A DNA stretch of 63,990 nucleotides, counting the filler, from Blastocystis sp. subtype 4 (Eukaryota), in assembly GCF_000743755.1 (NCBI RefSeq). It is 8 parts of 8 records of this genome, joined end to end, with 100 filler letters (N's around TTAATTAATTAA, not from the genome) between each part and the next. Parts side by side here need not be neighbours in the genome. Positions count along the whole stretch, not along the records: positions 1 to 8,063 come from NW_014569166.1; positions 8,164 to 16,186 come from NW_014569165.1; 6 more parts are not named here. The stretch is one strand, 5' to 3'. Under the pieces are notes generated by a model. That model made no database searches, was not told the origin of the DNA, and saw only the letters and a list, made by a program, of their open reading frames with translations. Both the position numbers and the translations under genes were made by a program. This document shows positions 1-11,456 of this stretch, piece after piece. Within the stretch, counting starts at the first letter, position 1. Each line of letters opens with the position of its first letter.

Positions 1-50
1 TGTTGGTGCCTGAGGAGATGATTCATCCCAAGTATGTGAGCAAGAACTAA
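1..50 (+). CDS. 3' end of an unidentified gene (...LVPEEMIHPKYVSKN*)
   Basis: Open frame from the window edge to TAA 48-50, followed by TGTTTGTT at 80-87. Confidence 0.5.
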   Translation, partial: LVPEEMIHPKYVSKN

Positions 51-99
51 TGAACTCTTGAAGGGTTCTTGATGTTGTGTGTTTGTTAACAAAGAGAAT

Positions 100-1549
100 A
101 AGAGAGGAATTGGATGATTTTCATTACCTCTGCGTTATCCTTATCAGGAAATATTTCTTTAAGAATCTCTGGTAACAGGCCAGTATCTTCGTTGTTCTGT
201 TTCCTAGCTACCTCCATATAAGTATCATACAATGGATCCTTCATCAATGTCATCCATCGCTTAATTAAATGGACCATCTTTATCCGTGTATATAAGTCAT
301 GGAACATTTCTTCCATCATCATACGTCCTTCTTCGCTATCTGGTGATATTTTATCCTTACTAAACTGTTCTGCTAGTGTTGCTGCTTGCTTCTTGTCCTC
401 TGTAGACTGTTGTGAAATTGGTAAGTGAATACGAGTCGGTGCCGATTGTGGCGAACAAGGCGGGATTGACCAAGAATGATTAGATCTCGAAGGAGGAGGG
501 ACATGCACTGACTCACTTTGTGGTGTTGAATTTGGCGTCTCCTTGGGTATTGAATTTCGTGTCTCCTTGGCTTTTGACTCTTGAGAAGTTGGCACCAGTG
601 TAACGGAGACACGAGGTTGAAGAGGAGGATGTGGTAGAGCAGGATGTGGTTGAGGATGAGGCAAGAAAGAGGATGAAGGAGGAGGTAGAGTGGAACGTGG
701 AGGAGGATTGGAAGGCGAGGAGACAGGACGAGCAACAGGTTGAACAACAAGTCTGGATGGAGGAGGCACGACTAAGTGACTAGAAGTAGACCTAGTCGGA
801 GGTACAGATTGAGTTTGTTGGGCAACAGATTGCAAAGTAGGAGTGAATGAGGATGAAGATACTGGTAATACTCTAGAAGTGCGAAGGGGATCAGAATTCA
901 ACTCCTGACGAGGAAAACCCTTCCTAGTATCGGTCCAATGTGGGACCAACTTCGTATATAAACTCTCAGCTGCCCTAACATCGTTGAACTTATAATTTGC
1001 CAAATATGCTTTTACAAATTCAAGCGATTTGTCTTTCTTCATTTCTGTAGCTTCTTCGGCAATCTTTGAGGCAAGAATCTTCAGAACAGTAGAATAGGGC
1101 ATTACTGAATCCCCTTCGAGTTTAAACATCTTCACTACTTTCACAAACAAATCATCCATTTGATCCTTGTTTAGTGATTCCCATCTGTTAACGACTGCCA
1201 ATATTACATCTTTGGAAATATCACTAACTGAAAGGGCACTTCGAATAACAATAGTTAAATAACATTCTGAGACACATGCCTCTGATACACTTTTCACTTG
1301 TGACTCCCGCTTAGTACCTCCATTTTCTTTGGATTCAACATACTCTTCTCCTCTTTTATGCGCTTGTATCTGCTTGTATAGATACTCTCGTATCTTTGAT
1401 CTTACAGACTCATCATCATATAAATCATTAATCTGTTGCATAATATACTGGTCATCATCCAGCTTTCCATTTTGCATCACCAGTTCAAATAGAGTCATTG
1501 CAAGACTACTAATAATAGAGTCAACCTCTGTTGACAATGACAAGTCCAT
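100..1549 (-). CDS. Hypothetical protein with Pro/Ser-rich central region
   Basis: 487-aa ORF. Probably ends at T100 completed by poly(A) (TCT T|ATTC|TCTTTGTT); otherwise genomic TAA at 86-88. Confidence 0.7.
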
Positions 1550-1703
1550 TGAATTTATATTAACAAATGAATGGGTAACCTGAATAGCTAACAGGAAAGA
1601 ACCGTGGTTCTATTCCATAATGAGTTCATTATGCTAATTATGTTTAGATACATTTGTGGACATTCATTTAGGTTTGAAAACAATAATACAGAGAAAAAGG
1701 AAT

Positions 1704-1776
1704 CGCCCACCGAGGGGCTCGAACCCTCGACCACCAGGTTAAGAGCCTGGCGCTCTACCGACTGAGCTAGACGGGC
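1704..1776 (-). tRNA. tRNA-Lys(CTT)
   Basis: GCCCGTCTAGCTCAGTCGGTAGAGCGCCAGGCTCTTAACCTGGTGGTCGAGGGTTCGAGCCCCTCGGTGGGCG folds as a cloverleaf with anticodon CTT; downstream T-run. Confidence 0.97.
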
Positions 1777-1859
1777 CTAACATTTCTTCATATGGGTTCT
1801 ACATAAAGTATACTACTCTAACAAACATCTTAATTAGCAGGAAAACTCACTATTCCTTA

Positions 1860-3184
1860 CTAATAGTAAGGACCTGATTGACCATAGGGATTTGGTTGGG
1901 CATATTGATCTTGTTGAACATACATAAACGGCTGAGAACCAGGAATAACTGGAGGTTGCTGGACATAACTAGGTGGAACAGGTTCTGCAATTGGAATGGC
2001 TGCTTGAGCTTCCTGCTGTGTAGGCTTGGTCTTCTTTGTCTTCTGTAACATTGAGACACAACATGTACATAGCGAGATAATCACAGCAATTACAGCAATA
2101 AGGATAACAATCCCAACACCAATCAATACATAACCGATCATGTCCTGCTCCTTTCGACTCAATCCAAAACACTTATTATTCTTCATAGAATCAATATAAG
2201 CATCACTACAACCTTTTGTGTACAAGGAAGCGGAAATAACAGGATCCATATCATGTCGAACCACAACAGGAATAGTTGACGGAATTGTCCATTGCTTTGC
2301 ATAAATATACGTTGAAAAGTCTGAAGAATAGTAACATCCAGAATTGGTTGACACACTACTACAATTCACATATCTATACTTCATTACCTGCTTGAACTCG
2401 GCCTGTAAGTAGGATCATCATTCTCTACACGAACACAAATACCAACAAGAGAATAAGCGACTCTACACTCACCAGTCCAGTCATTATACTCTCCATTCAT
2501 TGATACACACTTTCTGTAACAGGAATCCGAGTCTGAATCACTAGCATCGGTGTCACAATTCATATCATTTGGATCGTACACAACAAAGTACCCAGCGTCT
2601 CTAGTATCGCTGTAGAGAGTACTGCCATCAGAATTTAAAATGTTAACGGAGACAAAGTCACCAGAAATCGACATGGTAGACTGAAACGAATGAGAGACAG
2701 TTGAGATGCATCCGCCTTCAGGATCCCCAGAAGAACTGCAAGCATCAGCAACCGGGAAGTATTGAGATGACTTCGACGTCAAAGACATTGAGTTTCCATC
2801 TAAAGAAAACGAGGCACTTTGAAATAATGATGCATAATTATCATTCCACTCTTGGGCACGAGCATTGTAACTAGATGTAAGGCAACAACTCCAATTCCAC
2901 TTTTCAATTCTCTCAACACGGGTGTTATCAGAGTTAACAGTAATTATACCCACTATAAAGAGTATTATCGGGATAATAATGAACACGCAGATGCAACAGC
3001 GAAGGCAATCAAGAGGACTTGATTTGTTATGAGAGCTTGATCTCCTATGACTCCCATGGTAGTGATCTAGGAATAACGGAAGCGTATCCTACTTACTGCG
3101 AGTACCAGAAGAAAAGTTGGTGTAATGAGCTGGACGGTTTCTTGGACCACTTGCTCCGGTATTATGTCTAGCTTCGATACGCAT
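1860..3184 (-). CDS. Two-TM membrane protein with Cys-rich extracellular loop and Pro/Gln/Tyr-rich tail (multi-exon)
   Basis: ATG 3184; ORFs 2384-2986 and 1860-2384 are joined by short introns; two hydrophobic helices; motif at 1820-1827. Confidence 0.7.
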
Positions 3185-3375
3185 AAGAGTATTAATGCAA
3201 AACGTATCTCATTAATAAGTAATGAATCTGGTTCTCCAATAGGATTCTTACACTTGTTTTAAGAGAGCGAATCTCAATACTCTCTAGATTTGTGTCCAAT
3301 TTCGAGTATCCTTTTAATAAGTGTGTTTCTATGATGCTACAGAACCTGAAAGCTTGTTACAAACAAAGAAAAACA

Positions 3376-6300
3376 CTAAAGTACACTACGCTTCTTCTGA
3401 AGCGCCTGAAAAGCAGAGACAAATTCTTTTAGTGCTTTTCCTTGGTTCTGCACAATCCGAATGATTTCCTTGATCTTTGCTGTTATCCGCTCACTGTTAA
3501 CCCTTTCTTTCTCTGTTACCTCTTTCACTCGCTTGTTTTCACAGTCTAATCTCTCGTTTTCTCTCTTCAATAGATTCAACGCACCTGAAATGCTCCTTCG
3601 CACCAGTCGTAACGTATTCACAATATCCCTCAACGAATCAAGCTTTCGGTTCTTATCAAGTTTGGCTAGAAGACAGATCCGCATACACTCCTCGATCAAT
3701 TCAGGGAATTCAGGAGGTAATTCCGTTTTAGGCTGTTTGTCCTTTGATTCATTCAGTAACTTCAGTACTGTAGCCTTCTCTTGTTTTAATGCCCTTTCCA
3801 ATTGAGCAAATTCCGTTTCTTTTTTGGTCAAATCCAATTTCACATTGTTGTACTTCTGTTCGAAGTCATTACGCTGGCGAACAACATCCTGAACAAATGC
3901 ATCTGCCTTCTGATCAATGTGTGCATGACCTGAGGCGTAGTTCTGTAGTACAGACACCTTCTGCTCAAGGTCACTTCGCATCCGCTGAGCCTCTGACAAC
4001 TGTTTACGTACAGAAGAGTAGAGAGAACGCTCATCCCGCAGCATCTGAGCCAGTTGAGATACATAGTCAGCACTCAACTCCACAGTGACGATTGTCTGAG
4101 GGAAGAATTCTGTCACAGTGGTCACTATTCTCTGGAGGATTCTCTCCAATAGTGTCTCCCGTTGGGAGATCGTAGGCACTTGAGCTTGATAGGCCATCTT
4201 CTGAGCTAATAATTCTTGGTTCTGTGACTCCAGAGATGACACCATCTGCTGGAGATACTTGTTATGATCTTCCTTTGCTTGAAGCAATGCCTGGAGAGAT
4301 GATACAGAGGTTGAAGAAGAACCTTGAGGAAGTCTCTCTGATAGCAATCGATCCAAATCCACATAACTCGCTTTCAGACTCTCAACTAATCCGATCTCCG
4401 TTAATAACTGCTGTTGCAAGCGTGAAGCCTCTTGCGTCTTCATCGTTAACTGTGCCTGAAGCTCTGTGACTCTCACTGTATCCTGTTGTTTTGCTTCAAG
4501 TTGACTTCGAAGTTCTCTCATTTGTAGCTGCAACTCCTGATTCATACTTTCAGCACTCTGCTTGGCTTGTGTGTTAGCAAAAGTGAGTCTTTGCACATCA
4601 CTCTCAAGCTGGACAATTCGATTATCCTTCGCCCGAAGAGCTTCTGTCAACTGGACCACATTTGCATCCATACGACCATTCTGAAGTAGTTTCATTAGAC
4701 GAGAACACTCCTGTTCCTTCAGAGTCACCATTTGACGGGCCTGCTCCAATTCGCCTACACGGCTCTCTAACGTCCTCACTGTCTCTGCATGAAGATTCAC
4801 ATACTGATCACGGGCCTGTTCTGCAATCCGTAACGCACTACGAGTGGCCTCTAACTCAGCAGTCAGAGAAGGATCCGGACCCATTACAGTGGGTTGTCTT
4901 GGAGTTTCCACCTGATGCATTGTTGCTGTCGCTTCCCTCAATCGTCTTGACATCAACGCAACTTCCGCTTCCAATTCTGTCACACGTTGCCGCTTCTCTG
5001 ATAGCTCAACTTGAGTACTCTCCAATCGTTGCTGAGTGTCTCGTAACAGATCCTGGAGATCCTGTGGAACAGTTCCTGAACGATCTTGCATAGCTATTTG
5101 TGACTCCATCATCTGACGAGCATTTGATGCAGCTTCTGCTTGAGCCTTCTGCAACTCCGACTGCATGGCTTGCAATTGATTCTCCAATACCTCTATCTGG
5201 TCTGTAAGCTGTTGTACTCTGGATTCAGCATTCATAATCTTATCTTCTTTCAACTGAATCTCATTCTGTAATGAATGAACACTCGCTGACACAGCCGTCA
5301 ACTGATTCTGAAGGGAGTTATTCTCCGACTGCTTACGCTGGCTCCATGTCTGTATCATCCGAATACACTCTCCAACAGTATTTGATCCTTCTCCTGTGAC
5401 TTCAGCAAGAGAATCATCTAGATTCAAAGCATTATCACTCCACCTACCAAACAAACTAACAGATCGCTCCACTGACGAAGACTCTCCTTCACGACAACAC
5501 TGATGAATTGTATCCCACAACTGATGTAGTTGAACACGCATAGAACGAGATTCAGATCCTGCTGACTGCTGTTCATGTTGAGCTCGAGCTAAACTCTCCT
5601 GCAACTGCTGAATCTTCAAATCCTTTGATCCAATCTCCTTTTGCAACATCTGAACACGATCCTGAAGCTCTCCATGTACCTTCTCTTGCGACTGTAGCTG
5701 AGTCTGGAGTTCTGTCATCACATTATCATTCTTATTCTTCTCTGCAAGTAATTCCTGAAGTCGAGACACCATTGTTCGTTGACGAGTCACTTCATTCTCC
5801 ATCTCATGCAACTGAGGACGCAGAGCCACTAATTCGTTGCGAGTAGCCTCTAACTGGTTTGCTTGTTGTTCTATCCGATTCTGGAGAGTTTCTTGATCCT
5901 TCAGAGCACGCTGAGAATTGCTTTGAATCTGTAGTACAGCGTCTGCTGCTTGAGCCTTCGCAACATCACGTTCCTGCATAAGAATCGGAACCTGACGATC
6001 CAATTCATGCTTTTGTTGATCCAATGCAGCCATCTCTTGATGGCATTGTGTCAACTCATTCTGTAATTCATGAATTCTCTGTTCTGTCTGAGTTTGAATC
6101 AACTGATTCTGTTGTAGATCCTTCGCTTCTTCAGCTACCCTTTGGTAATCTATTTGAATTCTTGACAATTCATCTCGAGTCTGAGTAAGAACAGCATTCA
6201 TGTCATCCTTCTCTCTCTGAATACGATCTCGAGACTCCTGCACGCTCTTTGACTCATGTTGCAATTCCTTATACTTCCCAATCACACTATTGTATCGCTC

Positions 6301-8063
6301 AGCCAGATCACGATATTTGACTTGAGCTTCTTTCTGTGAATTCTCAAGCTGTTCTTGGAAGTGTCTCACAGCATCCTGTGTCGACAATGAACTATTAGTT
6401 AAGGCCATCTCCTTCGACTGCAATTCAGCCTTCAACGATTCGATAGTATGAGAAGCATCAGCTAATTCAACCTCCTTCGTTGACAGAGCAGTTTCGAATT
6501 CATGGATTCGAGATTCTAAAGCAGGAATTGAAGATGTGATCTGATTCTCACGAGACTCCAACTCCGATTGTAATGTTGTCAACTGATTCTGAAGCGAACG
6601 ATTCTCTGATTGCAGCTGTTGACTCCATGCTTGCAACCTTCGTGTACATTCTCCTACAGCATCTGAATCCTCACTCGTGATCTGATTCATCATATCATCT
6701 AATTATAACTCTTTCTCCTTACTCTCACTTCGTAAAGGAGACTTGATCGGAGTGATGGAGTGATCACCAGCTACAATACTCTTCACAGTCTGCAACAGTA
6801 GAGAAGCCCGTTGAGCAATTCGTTTTGACTCATTCTGCAAATCTGCATTGTGCTGTTTCAGTTCAAGGAGCTGATTGTTCACATCACCAACATGGGCTTC
6901 AGATATCTGATGGCTCTGATAAAGGGAATGAAACTCTTCTTCGCGCTGCGCCTGTGATGTTTGAAGATTCTGCAATTCTTCTTCACGCTGATGTAAGAGA
7001 GTCTGAACCTCATTGAGCGAACTTGTTCGAGCTGCTAAATCTTGTTGAAGTTGTTGGATTAGAATGGCGTTACCTTCATTTTCTTGACTGAGAAGTTGTT
7101 GACGAGATTGAAGAGATTGAACATCTCCTCTAGAATTCTCCAGGGATTGAGAAAGATGAGCCACACGCGAATTTAGATCGTCGTTCAAACGATGTAGCGA
7201 CTCAAGTTCCTTTGTATTGTTTTCATTCAGAGCATGCAATTGATCATTCTCATTTCGAATCACAGAGAGATCATATTCATAAGATGAATTCTGCTTCTGC
7301 AGACGAACATTGTCCTCTTGCGCTTCCACCAGCTCTGACTTGAGTTCATTCAGACGACTTAGATTATCACTCATATCATCAACCTTTCCCTGGAGATTGT
7401 CATTTTCCTCATGCAAACGATTAACTGTTGCATCCATTTGGTGAAGTCGATCATTGAGTGATGGAATGATATCTAAAAGTGGCGACATTCAGAATCTATG
7501 TACTTTCCATAGCATCCTTCAACTGATGATTCAATGCTTCCTTTTCCGATGAAATATGATCATTTTGTTGAACAAGAGCTTTGTTTTTAGATTCCAGTTC
7601 TCCATTGAATACTTCAAGTTGGCTCTGTTGATCTCGTAATGAGGCAACTTGTACACTTAATGATTGAATTGTTGACTCTATCATTGACTTACAATACCAA
7701 TTCAATTACCCTTTTCTTCAATATCATGCAGCAAGGACTCAATCGCGCTGGCCTGCGATGCCATACACAATTTCAATGGTGTAGTGTTTGAATCCATATT
7801 TTGCGGCTCTGGAATTCTAGATATTGCAAATTCCTGCTGCTCTTGGAGAAATGTGGGGTTTTTGAATTCGTATATCTATCATCTGCAAATTCAGTTTTGA
7901 TTCTTGTCCAAACTCTGACTTCAAATCAATTAACAACGAGTGCTAAGATCAAACGAATGTGTTGAACAAAGTCTTGATCGTAATAGATTCACAATATCTG
8001 CTTCTGATATTTCTTGAGGTAGTTTTCCCAGAGGATCATTCAGTCCTTCTTCTTCCTCCTCTT
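3376..8063 (-). CDS. Very long coiled-coil protein, 5'-truncated at contig edge
   Basis: ORFs 3376-6693, 6703-7488 and 7496-7705 join through ~30-nt GT-AG introns; Q/E/L heptad composition. Confidence 0.8.
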
Positions 8064-8163
8064 NNNNNNNNNNNNNNNNNNNNNNNNNNNNNNNNNNNNN
8101 NNNNNNNTTAATTAATTAANNNNNNNNNNNNNNNNNNNNNNNNNNNNNNNNNNNNNNNNNNNN
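8064..8163. other. Artificial contig spacer (N44-TTAATTAATTAA-N44); also at 16187-16286, 24274-24373, 32358-32457, 42841-42940, 50883-50982, 58908-59007
   Basis: Identical 100-nt N blocks with a six-frame stop linker; genes are truncated at the spacers. Confidence 0.97.
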
Positions 8164-8184
8164 AACTCAACACAAACCACTTAC

Positions 8185-8426
8185 CTCATTCACAGCCAGA
8201 ATCTCACCAGTTCCACTCTTCATCTTCTCAAGTCTGTGCATGAAATACCAGTAACGAGACTTCGCAGTCACAGGATTAGGAGCAAACAGTCTCATTCTGT
8301 AAATTTCAGGCTCAGGATCATTCTCAGTAGGAAGACGACGACCAACGACGTGATAATAGTGAATCTACAGAATGATAAGAAACACCAATCCAAATCAAAT
8401 CTAACAAATTCAACACATACAGGCAT
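8185..8426 (-). CDS. RPL18A: 60S ribosomal protein L18a (eL20), 5' part; truncated at spacer
   Basis: MP, then 56-nt intron 8365-8420, then [60 protein letters not shown]. Confidence 0.93.
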
Positions 8427-8629
8427 TGGTTTTCAGTTATTCAAATGGCACAATTTGGAAATCGACTTGGAGATCACGGCGGAATCTGACTCTGTCGACT
8501 ATATAGGAATTGAATAGGGAGACGCATTTGTTGATAATGGACGTCGAAGAGGCGATAGTGTATTAGAATGAAACAATAGACGATTCCAGGGATGATAGGA
8601 TGAGTTTTGCAGAAATGTGTTTTTAGTCA

Positions 8630-10106
8630 ATGAGGATTGTAACATGGAATGTGAATGGATTACGATCATTGATCAAAGATACTCAATCCATTGATAATTT
8701 GTTTGAACAACTGAATGCTGATGTTGTCTGTTTTCAAGTAGAATCCTTCGGAATGCATTATTACAGATAGGAGAGTCGTCTATCTGAGAATGAAATGCGA
8801 GCAGAATTCATTCCAAGCGAGTATGATGTTTTCATGACGTTTTGCACAAAGAATTCTGGTTATGCAGGGGTGTGTACATTTGTTCGAAGGTCTTTGCTTC
8901 CAGAAAAATCCTATTTGTCTATTCAGGCGTCTTGTTCTTATGTTGAATTCATTATAGAATCTTCCACCTGGTGAATTTCGAACTTGATGAAAAATATGAT
9001 GATGAGTTGATTCAAGAGTGTGATCAAGAAGGTCGAGTATTGTTGTTGGAATATTCCAATGTATTTATTCTGAATATCTATTTTCCTGCTGGAATTGAGT
9101 TGGTGTGAAAGTGGTACTTGATATGAAGGACTTCCCGAACCCAGTTTCGACGAAAGTTCTATGAATTGGTCCAAGATATTGTCGTTCTGTTAAAACAAAA
9201 GAAAAAGCACTTGATTCTATTAGGAGATTTCAATACAACCTGTGGTATTCTGGATTCTGCATATATGTTGAATGACGCTGAAACTAACGGATTTGTGGAG
9301 TCATTTCGATCAATGAGTGAATGGCTTGAGTTTCTCCTGCTCTCTGAGAAGTATGGCTTGAGAGATGGAATAAAGGATAGAAGTGGTGGTGTTGGATTGG
9401 TCGATGTGTATCGAGTACTGCATCCTACCGAACGGACTGCCTATACCTGTTTTAGCACTCAATTAGGTGGTCGGAAGAATAATTTTGGTACTCGAATTGA
9501 TTACATTCTTTGTGACGAGTCTCTTCGGGATGCCATTCAAACATGTTCCATTCTCTCTACAATGACTGGAAGTGACCATCTTCCTGTTACTGCAGGTATC
9601 TTTGTGAATCTTGTTTCAATCTAGATATTCGACTTGACCTAACTACCGAGGGAAAGGGGTGTCCAGGATTGAGGAAAAAGATCGGTAGTCAGCATAAGAT
9701 CCATCAGTTTTTTGCAAAGAAGTCTACTGTTCGAGCAATGGTTCCAGTAACGAAGTCAGTCAGTGGACACTGGAGTTGTCCCTTTTGTACATTTGAGAAC
9801 GCTGATGAGAATAAAGCGTGTGAAATGTGTGGATCTAAACGAAGAAAGCGAGAAAGTGAAGGAGATGTTCCGATTGATCGGTTCTTTGGAGGGAAACGGA
9901 AAGTAAATTCCATTCCTCTTTGTAGTGGGCATCATTTGCGCTGTGTAAGACATCAAGGTGAGTGTATTTAAAAGCCATCATGTTCAGTTACGAAGGAGGG
10001 AAAGAACAATGGGCGCTTTTTTTATACATGCTCGTTGCCTATTGGATTCCGAAATGATCCCAATGCGCGTTGCAACTTCTTTCAGTGGGAAGATGAAATC
10101 AAATAG
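8630..10106 (+). CDS. APEX2: AP endonuclease 2 (EEP domain + PIP-like box + RanBP2-type Zn finger + GRF Zn finger)
   Basis: MRIVTWNVNGLRS, LLGDFN, GTRIDYIL, GSDHLPV; QHKIHQFF; WSCPFCTFEN..CEMCG; C-terminal PLCSGH..NNGRFFYTC..CNFFQW. Confidence 0.9.
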
Positions 10107-10164
10107 TGGTTTGCCTTTGTTTGTTGATGTCGGATGTATCGATCTTCAGTGAATGTGAGAGTTC

Positions 10165-10905
10165 ATGAGCATTGTCTCACTTGTAGCGGTGGTTGACATC
10201 ATGTGTGAGTTTATCGAGGTAGTTCTACATCAATTCTTTTATTTCACTGGATACTATAAACATGGTACTATAAACAGGTATTATTGTGATGAATAGTGTA
10301 CTTTGAACGACGAACGAAGTATGGAGTGATTGCATATATGAATCGAGTTCCGGAAGTTCTCTTGTATGTGAAGAACCTAATTCAGAGCATTCAACCCTGG
10401 ATGATGCGAGTTCTAGATTTTTAGTTAACTGATACATAGAAGGAGTTCCAGGCAATGAGATTATCTATTGTTACAATTGAAGGAACGGAATTGGTCTCTC
10501 TCTTGTTGAAGCATACGAACAATGTTCTTTGTCAAGAAGAAACCATTGACTATCAACGTGTTTGCACGGATAATGGTGGTAAGATCTAGTTAGAAGCTTC
10601 ACTACGGAATTCTCTTCTTGCAATCACGTCATCCATTCCTAAAGTCTCTTTACCCGGTATTCATTGTTATATTCTACTATGATAGATAATGTGACGCTTT
10701 CTGTTGATGTGGATGTTCTTGAAGATTCCGCTGCTAAAATTACTTCTGGATGGAGTCTTTGTGCTGCAGTAATCCATTGTGTTCTTCTCCCATCTAGTCT
10801 CCTAATCCATTGCCTCTGCTCCAACAAGACTCATCTAAGAAGGTCTATCCGCTGTCGACCGTTTTTGCTGGAACTTCTTGTTTTCAACTCATCTGTGCTG
10901 TCTGA
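10165..10905 (+). CDS. MAD2L2: HORMA-domain protein, REV7/MAD2L2-like (multi-exon)
   Basis: VVDIMCEFIEVVLHQFFYFTGYY resembles REV7 VADVLCEFLEVAVHLILYVREVY; also PEVLLYVKNLIQSIQPW and LEASLRNSLLAI. TGA 10903-10905, motif 10908-10915. Confidence 0.75.
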
Positions 10906-10913
10906 TGTGTTTG

Positions 10914-11396
10914 TTAGAAATCAGCCGAATCGTACAATAGATTTGATGTTACCAGTGTTACTAGCTCATTAACCATTTCGTCTGTCATTCGCTCTGGACA
11001 CTCCTCAACAATCTACATCATCACCCAAGCAATTTACCAACAATATGAACATCTACCGGTTGGAGTGGAACGATATTTAACATTTGCATCTTTTCATGTG
11101 GCATAAACCGTATCGAGTACTTTTGTTCAAACTGCTCAAGGGCTGTAAAAAATCTCCGGACTCTACTGTTTACAGGTCATTAAAGAACGACTTTTCGTCA
11201 GAGAGATGGCTGGCCGGCGTCATTGATAAGTATTGAAGTACCATTGCTCTCATCCAGGGATACTCACCACTTCCAGATAGTGCGTTTTCAGTTCCTCCTT
11301 CGGTAAGTGCTTGGAAGACTTCTACGTTTGTTATGAGCTGGATGTCCTTTGACCTAGAGATTAGACAAAGAACTCAGTCCAATCCTACACTTCCAT
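10914..11396 (-). CDS. CRCP: RNA polymerase III subunit RPC9/C17 (multi-exon)
   Basis: MEVSKDIQLITNVEVFQAL...LQYLSMTP...EKMQMLNIVPLQPVDVHIIVEECPERMTDE matches the RPC9 pattern. Confidence 0.8.
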
Positions 11397-11456
11397 CGAA
11401 GCGACCAAATAAATGATCTCTTGAATCAACTTGTTTCTCAACAAACACTATACGGC

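Noticed and set aside
7489..7500. In-frame stops and frameshifts in many genes, suggesting pseudogenes or stop-codon reassignment
   Set aside because: Where checked, they fall inside ~30-nt GT-AG introns; the standard code fits the conserved proteins.
8108..8119. Recurrent TTAATTAATTAA at ~8-kb intervals
   Set aside because: Synthetic six-frame stop linker inside N padding, not a biological repeat.
8630..10905. APE2 adjacent to REV7 as a DNA-repair cluster
   Set aside because: Two genes only; chance adjacency is plausible in a gene-dense genome.
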